Assembly (NCBI GenBank): GCA_963701075.1
Contig: OY969559.1
Coordinates: 288,001 to 352,000, forward strand
DNA length: 64,000 nucleotides
Direction: 5' to 3'
DNA from: an uncultured Nitrososphaerota archaeon
Lineage (GTDB): Archaea > Thermoproteota > Nitrososphaeria > Nitrososphaerales > Nitrosopumilaceae
Of this stretch, positions 38,714 to 48,249 are shown piece by piece. The notes below the pieces were generated by a model. That model was not told the DNA's origin. It worked only from the letters and a program-made list of their open reading frames with translations, and did no database searches. Each line of letters begins with the position of its first letter. The first letter of the stretch is position 1. The position numbers and the translations under genes are program-made.

Positions 38714-39184
38714 ATGTTAAATGATAATGATGCACATCAGCTGAGAATCAGGAAATTGCAGGAAAGACTTTCCAGCATCTCAAGTGGACTCAGGAAGGAC
38801 ATAACAACTGAAATACAAAACCGGAAACAGAATGAGATTAGTACTGTTTATTCCCCTACTATATCTTCCTCAGAGCAGATACAACAAAAACAACCTTACG
38901 ACAAAGCAAAAAAGGAATCATCTGTCGAGGAAATATTGCAACAGCTTAAACATATAGTAGAACACGAACGATTAGAAACAAGAACCATGGAAACTCAACA
39001 AAAACAAATACCCCATGATAAAGAGCCAGACAGAGGTTTGAAAACACAGGAATCGAATCAATCTCTTCCTGAACAAAACGTTGTACAGGATAGTAAACAG
39101 TGGCAACCTTGGAAATTTATTCCAAGGGAAAAATTAAGTTATCTGGAGAAAAAAACACTAAACAAATTCTTTAAAAAACACTGA
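38714..39184 (+). CDS. Hypothetical Q/E-rich protein
   Basis: Clean ORF co-oriented with its neighbours. Confidence 0.65.
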   Translation: MLNDNDAHQLRIRKLQERLSSISSGLRKDITTEIQNRKQNEISTVYSPTISSSEQIQQKQPYDKAKKESSVEEILQQLKHIVEHERLETRTMETQQKQIPHDKEPDRGLKTQESNQSLPEQNVVQDSKQWQPWKFIPREKLSYLEKKTLNKFFKKH

Positions 39185-39366
39185 TCGTACAATTTATTTT
39201 GGAACTTACTGTTGTGCCAGAAAATATGAAATTCTGTTCTTGAAAATGACAATCCTAGATTTCACATTTGCTAACATCCAGGTTTACTTTGCCTTGAGTT
39301 AAGCCATAAAATTCTTTAAGAACTGATTTAAGAGAGATAGATTTTAGAAAAGGAAGGTAAAATGAC

Positions 39367-40362
39367 ATGACAAAAATAATTTTGGCTGCGATTATTGTGG
39401 CAATCTCGGTAGCTTTCATAGGTTTTCCACATTCCTTTTCCGATCCGCTCGCTAATACAACTGTATCAGTTAAAACAGATAAAACCTCATACAACATTGG
39501 AGACACTATAGAGATAAGCGGATCTACGACAAATGCTACATCTGATAAATTGGTTTTAAAAATATTCAATAGTAAGGCAGAATTAGTCTGGCTGTTTCAG
39601 GTAGATTTGGGTAGAAACAATACATTCGAAACAGCCTTGCCACTATCAGACCCAGCTTGGAAAGAATCAGTATTTTATGTTTTGACTGCAAAAACAGGTG
39701 AAACAATAGGCGCAACGTCATTTGAAATAAACCAGGCTCCTAGTTCCCAAGAAACAACAACCTCAATAGTATCAAAAACATTTGATAAATTTCTTCAAAA
39801 CATATTCTTTCTTCCAATTGTTGGAATCTTCATAATAGGAATAACGGTCTATGTTCTATATTCAAGAAGAGTCCAAAAAAACGTTGGAAGCTTAAAGCAA
39901 GAATCCCTACCATTAATAACATTTGATACTCCTTCTCCTGCTAAAGTATACCTGAGCCGTGGCACAAGCATGAGTTACGAAGGATGGAATAAAATTCCAG
40001 AAGATCAGAGACCAGAAATTAATTCCGTTGAGTTCTGGATTGCAATTAAAAATATTGGAGGAAATACCGCTAAAAATATTACAGCTTTGTTTCTTCAAAA
40101 AGACGAAATGTTTTCAAGGCAGGACATGGAAAAAGAAAAAAATGCGGATAAACAGGTATCGCTCCCAGAATTAACTCTAGGCGAATTTTATTATTGGAAT
40201 TTTAAAATTTCTTGGGATAGATTTGTTAGACTGGAAAAGAGTAATCTTTTTGTTGGATTGTTAATATCTTATGATAAACACAAGACTAGGGATCATTCTG
40301 GCATAATTTTTGGGATTGGGAAAGGTGGTGGTTATACGATGGATGAATGGTTTACACATTAG
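39367..40362 (+). CDS. Single-pass membrane protein: extracellular Ig-like domain, TM, cytoplasmic beta domain
   Basis: Signal peptide; VSVKTDKTSYNIGDTIEISG; TM; IKNIGGNTAKNI. Confidence 0.8.
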   Translation: MTKIILAAIIVAISVAFIGFPHSFSDPLANTTVSVKTDKTSYNIGDTIEISGSTTNATSDKLVLKIFNSKAELVWLFQVDLGRNNTFETALPLSDPAWKESVFYVLTAKTGETIGATSFEINQAPSSQETTTSIVSKTFDKFLQNIFFLPIVGIFIIGITVYVLYSRRVQKNVGSLKQESLPLITFDTPSPAKVYLSRGTSMSYEGWNKIPEDQRPEINSVEFWIAIKNIGGNTAKNITALFLQKDEMFSRQDMEKEKNADKQVSLPELTLGEFYYWNFKISWDRFVRLEKSNLFVGLLISYDKHKTRDHSGIIFGIGKGGGYTMDEWFTH

Positions 40363-40504
40363 TGTTCAAACCTACAACTATCGCGAACCCATTATCTCTG
40401 TGGAATCACATACATTGACTTCTTTTTTTCGGCAGGTTTTAGAGCTCTGAATCCTTTGCAATAAATTGTCAATTTTCCTTCATTTCTGTTGGAATTTTGA
40501 AAGT

Positions 40505-40702
40505 TTAAGATACAATTTGCTTGGTCTTTCTTGCAAACAGTCCTGCAATGAATATCAGAGCACCAAGAATTCCGATAAGACTTCCAACAAACTCTATGGT
40601 ATCACTAAGATTGAATTGCATTGGAGCAAGAAATACGGCAAGTATTGCACCTATTACAATCATTGGTATCCCAATACCTATTGAGATTTGTTTTGAAACC
40701 AT
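40505..40702 (-). CDS. Small 2-TM membrane protein
   Basis: Two hydrophobic helices and a basic tail. Confidence 0.7.
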   Translation of the reverse strand: MVSKQISIGIGIPMIVIGAILAVFLAPMQFNLSDTIEFVGSLIGILGALIFIAGLFARKTKQIVS

Positions 40703-40835
40703 CAGCTATGCTCCAATCAAAAATCTATATGAATTTTATGAAATGCATCCTGTGTAGAAAACAATAGTTTTAGTCTAAATAAAGACCATATACAGGATCA
40801 AGATTTTTTATTAATTTTGATGGTGATTTTGGATT

Positions 40836-41816
40836 TCAGGTTTTTTTGTGATAGTTGTGTCCTGCACCTTGCCCTGACGCCGTAATGTTTGTAGGTGAAG
40901 ATGGGTATGTTGGAATAGGCGGGGGTGTATTGTGTACAGTCGAGTTCGTATGTGAAGATATCTCTACAGATTTCTCAGTTAACTGGGCTTTTTGATAAGC
41001 TTGAATTATCTTTATCAGATTTATTGCTTGGTCTACTTTACCCTCAGATACTAACTGCTTGAGTTCTGTAACCATATCTTTGGGATTGTTTTCTGCAGTA
41101 ATGTTAGAATTGTTTGTAATAGATGCAGCACGAGACGAATTCATGGGTATGAGGTTTTGTGTGGCATTAAGTTGACTAGTATTATTGAGTTGCACAATTT
41201 GGTTTTCAGCAAAATTTTTCTCCCTTTCAGAAATTCTCTCTTGTGCGATATTAGTTAGAGAGTTATGTGTTTCAATAACAAAGTCGTTAGCATTTTGTAA
41301 TTGTTTTGATGCGTCATCAGAATTTCCAGAATCAAGATCTTGGGTGGCGCTCTGAATCATTTCATCAAAGTTTGTAAAATTAATATCTATATTATTTTCT
41401 GATGTGATTGACTTTAGAAGGCTTTCTATATTCTCTAGTCTAGATATCTCTCCTCTCAGTTGTATTATCTTCGTTTTTTGCTGATCATTTGATGATGTTG
41501 TATTAAGTGAGTTTATCTGATCATTTGTTTCTTGAAAGAATTTCATAGCAGCAAGAAAATGTTGTTTAGCTGAATTAGTATCATTTTGGTTTATTGCCTC
41601 TGCTAATGCATCAGTTTCATTGGAACCTTGACTGTAGAGCTGGTTAATTTCATCGGTCACATTACTAATTTGTGATATTGTTATGCTGAGATTATCTCTG
41701 GCTTGAGTAGCAATATTGAGCAAAGTGTCTAACTGCGGATCAGCATAAGATTGGATTGGCATACCAAACATCATGCTTCCAACCAATATCAAAAGAAATG
41801 GTGATAGTGTTTTCAT
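40836..41816 (-). CDS. Secreted helical-bundle protein
   Basis: Signal peptide (SYA-DP); repeated amphipathic helices (AKQHFLAAM). Confidence 0.8.
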   Translation of the reverse strand: MKTLSPFLLILVGSMMFGMPIQSYADPQLDTLLNIATQARDNLSITISQISNVTDEINQLYSQGSNETDALAEAINQNDTNSAKQHFLAAMKFFQETNDQINSLNTTSSNDQQKTKIIQLRGEISRLENIESLLKSITSENNIDINFTNFDEMIQSATQDLDSGNSDDASKQLQNANDFVIETHNSLTNIAQERISEREKNFAENQIVQLNNTSQLNATQNLIPMNSSRAASITNNSNITAENNPKDMVTELKQLVSEGKVDQAINLIKIIQAYQKAQLTEKSVEISSHTNSTVHNTPPPIPTYPSSPTNITASGQGAGHNYHKKT

Positions 41817-42953
41817 TCTTGGCTCTCCTCAACTTTTCGCAATTTTATGAGATTCTGCTGATCTACTTTTTCTATTTCAACAATTCCTTCTCGTTCTAAT
41901 CGTTTTACTGCTCGCCATGTTGTAGTACGTGGTAGAAGGAATTTCTTGCGAAGTTCACTTTCAAAAACTCTTCCGCCCTTTTCATAGATAAACACTACAA
42001 TGTCTTTGTCTTCCTGACGTAGTTCTGGTTTGAGTCTAAATATTGTTTCTTTATCTGGAGGTGCATAGTTGCTCTGTGGAATCTGAGGTACAGGTATTTC
42101 CTTTGTTATTCTAGATCTTTTCAATATAATAAACATGGCAGCTACTGCTGCTGCAGCACCACCTACAGCTAAAATTGGAATAGTATCATTATTGTTTCCA
42201 GTTGAAATTGGACCAGTGTTGTTGTTTCCAGTTTGTTTTGTAGAAAGAGTTGTTTGTTGTTCCTGAATGGCTGAGTTCTTGGCATCATCGGCGAATGCTT
42301 CTGCATCAGAATATCTTCCTTCATTAAAAGTCTGTATTTGCTTCAGCAAGTTTTTCAGAAGCAAGAGGAGTGCTTATGCCTTCAGAATTTACGGTATTTA
42401 TGAAATCTTGAGCATGTTGAATTGCCAAAGTTGCTGTCTGGCTTGTGCCTAATACACCAAATATGTAACTAATATCTACAGAACCACTTGGAAATGAAAT
42501 GAGTGATTGGCCATTCACAACCTGCAAGTCTGATGGAGTCGTGCTCATGCCTACAATTACAGTATTTGCAGGTAAGAGTATAGAATAACCAACAGGAGAA
42601 TTTACATGAAATGTCCAAGTCTTTCCGCTCTTAGATACAAGATCGGGAGTGTCGTAGTCAACTTTGATTGCAGATGCTCCGAGAGTTTCGACATCTACAT
42701 TATTTGTGTTCATTTTGCTTGAAAGTAATGTTCCATTTTGATCTTGTACAACAAAGTTATCGGTGGTGTTGCCATACAAGCCTAGTATGAAATCAGGGGA
42801 TTGTGGGTCAACGTCGGTTTGATAAAAGATGTGTGTGGTACCATCAGTGTAAATAGTAAATTCGAGCACCTTGGCCGAGCTTAGTGCATACTGAATACAA
42901 GAAGAAAAAGCAAGCAAAAAAAGGCAGACAGCAATTAGCGGGGCCCTTACCAT
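41813..42953 (-). CDS. Membrane-tethered winged-helix regulator (COG2512-like); +1 frameshift near 42326
   Basis: Signal peptide plus beta ectodomain joins, via ANTDF-NEGRY, a TM and C-terminal wHTH (ESELRKKFLLPRTTTWRAVKRLEREG). Confidence 0.8.
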
Positions 42954-43041
42954 CGTTGTCAAGATATATGTGATCCTTACAAAAAGCATTGCTTCCGCTT
43001 GCACTTCTGTTGCGATCACCAAAGTTTTCTGGTACATTCTT

Positions 43042-43338
43042 CTAGTACCTTAGGTTAAGTCCCTGAGCTACACCTTGGAATCTCTGGAATTCCTGAAAGA
43101 ATTTGATGCCCTTCTCTGTAATCCTAAATAGTCGGTTCCTGCCAGCTTTTATTGATTCTACCAAGCCTGCATCTATTAGCTTCTGGCACTTTTCCAATAC
43201 TGCGTAGTGAGAGAGATTTGCTCTTCTGGAAATAGCAGAGACTATTACTCCTTGTATTCCACCATCCATGGTTACACCTAAGATATCAGCAATGATACCC
43301 ATTTCTGACCTGTATTGTTGTTTTGACATGGACATCTT
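43042..43338 (-). CDS. Winged-helix transcription regulator (HTH_45-like)
   Basis: YRSEMGIIADIL; ISRRANLSH; FRITEKG. Confidence 0.88.
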   Translation of the reverse strand, partial: KMSMSKQQYRSEMGIIADILGVTMDGGIQGVIVSAISRRANLSHYAVLEKCQKLIDAGLVESIKAGRNRLFRITEKGIKFFQEFQRFQGVAQGLNLRY

Positions 43339-43539
43339 ATAGTATGGATGTTTTATCAGGGACAGCATGAAACATCATAGCGGAACACCTAGCGGAATAG
43401 ATATTTTATGCTCTGAAATGGCCTAAAATTATGCATTTACGAAGCGGGGGAGAGTATCATCAACAGTACATTTTAGCAATTATTTGAACAGATTTTATAT
43501 TGTACTATTGTAGGTTTGATAACAAAAGGAGGTGCAACA

Positions 43540-43866
43540 GTGAGCTTTAACGACTCTGGTTTTGGCGAGAGCCCAAGACAAGGATATAGTGGAAATAGAG
43601 GATACGGCGGAGGTCGAAGATTCGGAGGCGGCGGACGACGTTTTGATGATAGACCTAAGCCAGTAGAAATTGGCAAAGAATATGATGTATCCATAACAGA
43701 AATCAGTAGAAAAGGAGACGGTATTGCAAGAGTAGAAGGTTTTGTCATATTCGTCAAAGGTGGGCAAGTAGGCCAGAACGCAAAAATAAAGATTACGCAG
43801 GTCGGCGAACGCTTTGCTACTGCTGATTTAGTAGAAGAAGGAACCCCACAGACAGAAACAGAATAA
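43540..43866 (+). CDS. TRAM-domain RNA chaperone with Gly/Arg-rich N-terminus
   Basis: PKPVEIGKEYDVSITEISRKGDGIARVEGFVIFV. Confidence 0.92.
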   Translation: MSFNDSGFGESPRQGYSGNRGYGGGRRFGGGGRRFDDRPKPVEIGKEYDVSITEISRKGDGIARVEGFVIFVKGGQVGQNAKIKITQVGERFATADLVEEGTPQTETE

Positions 43867-43897
43867 GACTGGTTGTCTAGACGGCGTTTCTAATTTC

Positions 43898-44281
43898 TTA
43901 CAAATTACTAGTTTTCTTTTTTATATTTTCTATAATTTCCAATTTTCTTGTGATATCCATGTTTGGTTCCATGGTAACATAGACTGTTCTGTGTTTTGGA
44001 TAGACAACTATCTGCGTAACCTTTTGGCGTTCTATATGTACATAGTTGACAGAACCTAAACTCCTGTCAAATTGCTTTCGGATCTTTCTTCTTATGGCTA
44101 CCTGTTTACAAAAATGTTCTTCCTCTTTTTGTGACTTGAGGGATGTTTTACCTTCTTTCATTATGGCTTCTGATATGTTCCCTTTAAGATCTATAATTGC
44201 AGCAAACCGCATCATTGGATCTAGTTCTAAGATATCCTCTACTATGGGAAGTAGGTTTATCTTGTGATTATTCTTTTTCAA
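43898..44281 (-). CDS. Roadblock/longin-like small protein (DUF6659-like)
   Basis: ILELDPMMRFAAIID; FDRSLGSVNYVHIERQKV. Confidence 0.7.
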   Translation of the reverse strand: MKKNNHKINLLPIVEDILELDPMMRFAAIIDLKGNISEAIMKEGKTSLKSQKEEEHFCKQVAIRRKIRKQFDRSLGSVNYVHIERQKVTQIVVYPKHRTVYVTMEPNMDITRKLEIIENIKKKTSNL

Positions 44282-44448
44282 TTAACGAAGAGCAAAAGAA
44301 CTTGATTCTAAATATATCTTGGTTTAAACTGACCTGATCGCTAAATCATGCCTAAAAGAGGGTCTTTCTCCACTTTAGTAAATAATCCGAGTAATTCTGT
44401 AATCTATTAACTTTTTATATATTACACATTACAGTAGTTATAAGCAAT

Positions 44449-45039
44449 ATGTTTGAAAAGTTTCGAAAGAAAAAGGATGAATTTGAACCAGATTCCACTA
44501 AAAAGGAAGAAGAAGGTGTCATAGCTGAAACCACGCAACATAAACCCCAAGAAATAGAACCAGAGAAAACCCCTAATGTTGTTGAACAACCTAATCCTAA
44601 GCCTTCTGAACAGGTAAAAATACCGGAACCTATACAGCAAAGAACAATGAGCACTTCAGGAGAAGATATAGGAATTGGAGCCCTCATGGATAAGCGAAAC
44701 AAGCTTGAGGAGACAATCGATTATGTGGGTTTAATGATCAAGAATTTGAAAGATAAGAGGACAAATTTAGAAAAGAGCATAGAAGACGAATCTGTAGATA
44801 TTAAGAATCTCAAGGAGAAATTGGTTAAGGTAGGTCAGTATATAGAAGAAGAAAAACAGGGAATAAGGACCCTGCAACAAAAGAGAAGTAATGTTGAAAG
44901 AGAGGCAGATGATGTTGCTGCAATTATCAACAATCTGCGCGAAAAATTATTGAGTATAGATAGAGTAGTAAACGAAGAAGGTAGTAAGATAGAGAAATTT
45001 AAAGATGCTCGACCTAAGTCAGAATCTTCCTTCAGCTAG
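44449..45039 (+). CDS. Coiled-coil protein with disordered N-terminus
   Basis: MFEKFRKKK, P/E/Q linker, long heptad run. Confidence 0.8.
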   Translation: MFEKFRKKKDEFEPDSTKKEEEGVIAETTQHKPQEIEPEKTPNVVEQPNPKPSEQVKIPEPIQQRTMSTSGEDIGIGALMDKRNKLEETIDYVGLMIKNLKDKRTNLEKSIEDESVDIKNLKEKLVKVGQYIEEEKQGIRTLQQKRSNVEREADDVAAIINNLREKLLSIDRVVNEEGSKIEKFKDARPKSESSFS

Positions 45040-45410
45040 AAGGTAAAACCTTCTTTCAGCATACTATTCAGATTTTCCTTTATTTCTTCTTCGGATGACA
45101 ATGAGTCAAGGTCTCTGATTAGTACCTCTGTTGCAAGACATTGGTTCTTTGAGAACTGATAATAACAGTCTAGTTTTTCCTGGTAGGTTTTTGCATTATA
45201 ATAGATAGTCCAAAAATTTTCTGTGGAATGTTGTACATAAAGTAAAAACTTTCGAATGACTATCTCAATTTTATGAGAGGGATTGTCTTTCATTAGTCCA
45301 ATTAAAATCTGCTCTAGTTTACTGTCCAGATTAGATTCGTAAATGAGTTGGTAAATATCCCCGTCTTTTGCCACAACCGCTTTACGCGACTGTATCATAA
45401 AAGCTTTCAT
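45036..45410 (-). CDS. Hypothetical helical protein
   Basis: Clean 124-aa ORF. Confidence 0.7.
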   Translation of the reverse strand: MKAFMIQSRKAVVAKDGDIYQLIYESNLDSKLEQILIGLMKDNPSHKIEIVIRKFLLYVQHSTENFWTIYYNAKTYQEKLDCYYQFSKNQCLATEVLIRDLDSLSSEEEIKENLNSMLKEGFTF

Positions 45411-45521
45411 CGATAATTTTCAAAAAATTCGCCATTTGTATGTAACAATTTGAGTTATCTTAAAAAAATTAAGATTTCAACTATAAAATTATTCACAATA
45501 CTTAAATAATTTGCATGCGTA

Positions 45522-45710
45522 TTAATTATCCCTGCCAAAGGAAATCCTCCCAAGACAGGCATCATGCAGCAGACATGTGATACGGTCAGGGTCAAATCCC
45601 TCCGCAGAAGTTCCAAGGAGAAATTCCGAGGATGTGGCGACAATGGTCGTCATCTCTTTGAATGCCACGGCATTCTCACATGACGTGTGAATCACACACG
45701 TCTGCATGAT
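45522..45710 (-). other. Small ORF (61 aa, MQTCVIHT...FDPDRITCLLHDAC) coincident with a strongly base-paired RNA
   Basis: ATG at 45707; AT-rich TATA-like sequence upstream; ATCATGCAGACGTGTG pairs with CACATGTCTGCTGCATGAT; GC-richer than the flanks. Confidence 0.5.
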
Positions 45711-46016
45711 AGAATTTTTTCCAATCACAACAAACCAAATTATAATTTTTTATAATGATAAAAGTTTGCGTCGGTGAACGCTATCAATTATTTTATCAAA
45801 TCCTAGTTACTGGATTTTCTATTTTTAGCATCAAGTTCGGTCATCTTTTTCAAAAGTATACTACAAGGTCTTGAAGGAAAATATCTGAAAGTTAACAGTG
45901 TTATGATTGGAATAATGTTTTTGTAGGTTCGCTTGTAACTGATGAACTCACAAAGTTATTTGATTACTTGATACTATTCTTTTACAATATTGGTTGTTTT
46001 CCTAGTTCTGTTCAAG

Positions 46017-46890
46017 CAACTCATCCTAAAACTGATCATTTAGTAAATTTTTGACGATCACTGGATCTATCAGATGGAATAATCACACTGATTCCATGAA
46101 ATTCCAAGAAATCTCAGACAAACAATGGGAAACAATACAAAAACACCTTCCATCGCCTGCCAGAACAGGCAGACCAAGGTGTGATGACCGTACCACAATA
46201 AATGGAATCATGTTTATTCTGGTTACCGGCTGCAGGTGGGAGGAGATGCCAAAAAGATACGGCTCAAAATCAACTGCTCATCTCAGATTGCAGAAATGGC
46301 AGCAAAAAGGAATCTGGCAAAATATCTTATCTGATGCAATAAAATCAGCACACCATTCAGGGAAGATACAGCTGCAAAAGGTATCGGTTGATTCGTCAAC
46401 TGTTGCAGCCAAAAAAGGGGAGATGTGACAGGATACGACGGATTCAAAAGAATATCAGGCACGAAAATACATGTTGCAGTAGATTGCAATTCACTTCCAG
46501 TATCAATAATTATTGGTCCTGCAAATGAGCATGATTCAACAAAGCTCATCGATGTGATGGAAAACATCTCTGAATATCTTGATGATGATTCCATAGAACA
46601 GATCGTAGCTGTATATGCAGACAAGGGTTATGATGCAAAAAAGATTAGAGAGTATCTAAAGAATAGAAACATCAGGGACTGCATTCCATCCAGAAATTTC
46701 AAAAATAACAACAATAAGAAAAGTCAGAGTAATTACAACAGGACAAGATACGTGGTGGAGAGATTCTTTGCATGGCTCAAATGTGGATTCCACAGAATTA
46801 GAATCAGATATGAGAGAATTGCAGAAAATTATCTGGCATTTCTTAACATTACTGGAATAATGATGTATTGGAGGGTTTTAGGATGAGTTG
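46017..46890 (+). mobile_element. IS5-family insertion sequence, apparently intact
   Basis: Perfect 16-bp TIR CAACTCATCCTAAAAC (46017-46032 / 46875-46890); 3-bp direct repeat AAG on both sides. Confidence 0.95.
46096..46886 (+). CDS. IS5 transposase, two ORFs joined by a -1 shift at AAAAAAGGGG (46411-46420)
   Basis: ISDKQW...TGCRWEEMP; VDSS; AKKGGDVTGYDG; ADKGYD; RYVVERFFAWL. Confidence 0.92.
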
Positions 46891-46927
46891 AAGATATATT
46901 TCTGCACAGACTATCTCACAAGACTGC

Positions 46928-47563
46928 CTAGATAAAGCTGGAAGATGATTGACTGCCGGCAGGCGTTGAAGGCAACTTGTCATTGACAGCCGCCTCTGCA
47001 ACTGCTGCAGCCTCTTGAATGATCTTCTCTGATTCCTCGTCTGAAACTCCGGAATCTATTCCAAATTCTCCGCCATGGAATGTATCCGTCATTAATCCTC
47101 CGAGCATATCAGTCATTCCTGATAACTCACGATCTGCTTCTGGCATGAACTGTACCAGAGATGATCTTAGACTCTTCATCAAGCCGATTGTTGGCATGAT
47201 TGTAGTGACCATATCGCCTAGATCGTGGAAGGTATTTAGTCTAAGCTCGATTTGCTCAAGTGCAATCCTGGCATTTCCTAGGAGCTTGGTAACTTTCCTG
47301 ACCTCAGCTAACTCTTTTGATAAAACTCTGCTAGCCGTAGTATCGTGCTGTTGAGTAGCAATTACAATTCTTTTGAATAACTTTTCATCTCTTTGTTTTA
47401 ATTTTGTAAGCATTCCGTCAAGTTTTCCAGTTTGGGCCTGAAGTCTTTTTACTGCTTGTTCCATTCTTGGCTTCAGAGGACCTTTTGGTCTTATTGTATC
47501 ATTAATTCTTTCATTAATACTTGGTGTCTGTGGTCTTTGCCAACTCTTATCAAACGTTGTCAT
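46928..47563 (-). CDS. cdvB: ESCRT-III / CdvB-family paralogue
   Basis: Clear paralogue of 8730-9371 (LKQRDEKLFKRIV...ELAEVRKVTKLLGNARIALEQIELRL). Confidence 0.92.
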   Translation of the reverse strand: MTTFDKSWQRPQTPSINERINDTIRPKGPLKPRMEQAVKRLQAQTGKLDGMLTKLKQRDEKLFKRIVIATQQHDTTASRVLSKELAEVRKVTKLLGNARIALEQIELRLNTFHDLGDMVTTIMPTIGLMKSLRSSLVQFMPEADRELSGMTDMLGGLMTDTFHGGEFGIDSGVSDEESEKIIQEAAAVAEAAVNDKLPSTPAGSQSSSSFI

Positions 47564-47583
47564 GGATACGACTGATAAAATCT

Positions 47584-47604
47584 GTTATTAATTTCAGGTG
47601 TAAA
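47584..47604 (-). promoter_or_regulatory. BRE/TATA-type promoter of the second cdvB (TACACCTGAAATTAATAAC)
   Basis: Same motif and same spacing to the ATG as 9392-9412. Confidence 0.65.
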
Positions 47605-47744
47605 ATGTGATTCACAGTATGCTAAATTTAGCTAACAAAACTTTGTATAAACATGGGCAATGCTGGTCTTCGATATAATTAAAAAATCAAAATTTTTGGA
47701 TAACCTATATTGGACATATCCTACGTTAACCCCACTGCAGAAAC

Positions 47745-47855
47745 CTATTGCATTACTTGAATTGCAATACTTCTCTGCGGGTGGATCTTCTGTATGTGAA
47801 TCGCGAGCGCGTTGCTTGATGGCTGTGATTCACAGCAAAGTGGACATTTTTCCAT
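47745..47855 (-). CDS. 36-aa C2H2 zinc-finger microprotein
   Basis: MEKCPLCCESQPSSNALAIHIQKIHPQRSIAIQVMQ* = C-x2-C-x12-H-x4-H; TTAAATA about 32 nt upstream. Confidence 0.75.
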   Translation of the reverse strand: MEKCPLCCESQPSSNALAIHIQKIHPQRSIAIQVMQ

Positions 47856-48249
47856 TTTATTTATTGCCTGTCATCCAAAACTAACGTATTTAAGGTTTTG
47901 GTTGAATCACTCTGACAACAAGAAAATTACCAAATTTTTGAAAGTTTTTTCTGTCTCTAAAAAAAGACGAGATGAAAACATTTTTTGAAAAATAAAGCAG
48001 TCAAAAAAATGTTTTCCAAAAATAAAAAATCATTTTCAAAAATTTAAGTTACAAAAAAAATTGATAATGATGATCCAGATCAGATTCTTGCTTTATGATA
48101 TTGGGGCATTGTGATTCAAGTTTTTACAATTAATTCAATATTATAATATAGAATATATAATTTTATTAGAAAACTCTTCTAATTTTACTAATTTCACTTA
48201 TAGTTAAACCTTTTTATTTATGTTAACCGAAATTCTTATAAGATATTAT

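Noticed and set aside
40365-40480. Possible remnant of a small Cys-rich protein on the minus strand (TIYCKGF...)
   Set aside because: Too short and degenerate to support.
47660-47884. 74-aa plus-strand ORF
   Set aside because: Antisense shadow of the C2H2 microprotein, with no recognisable features.
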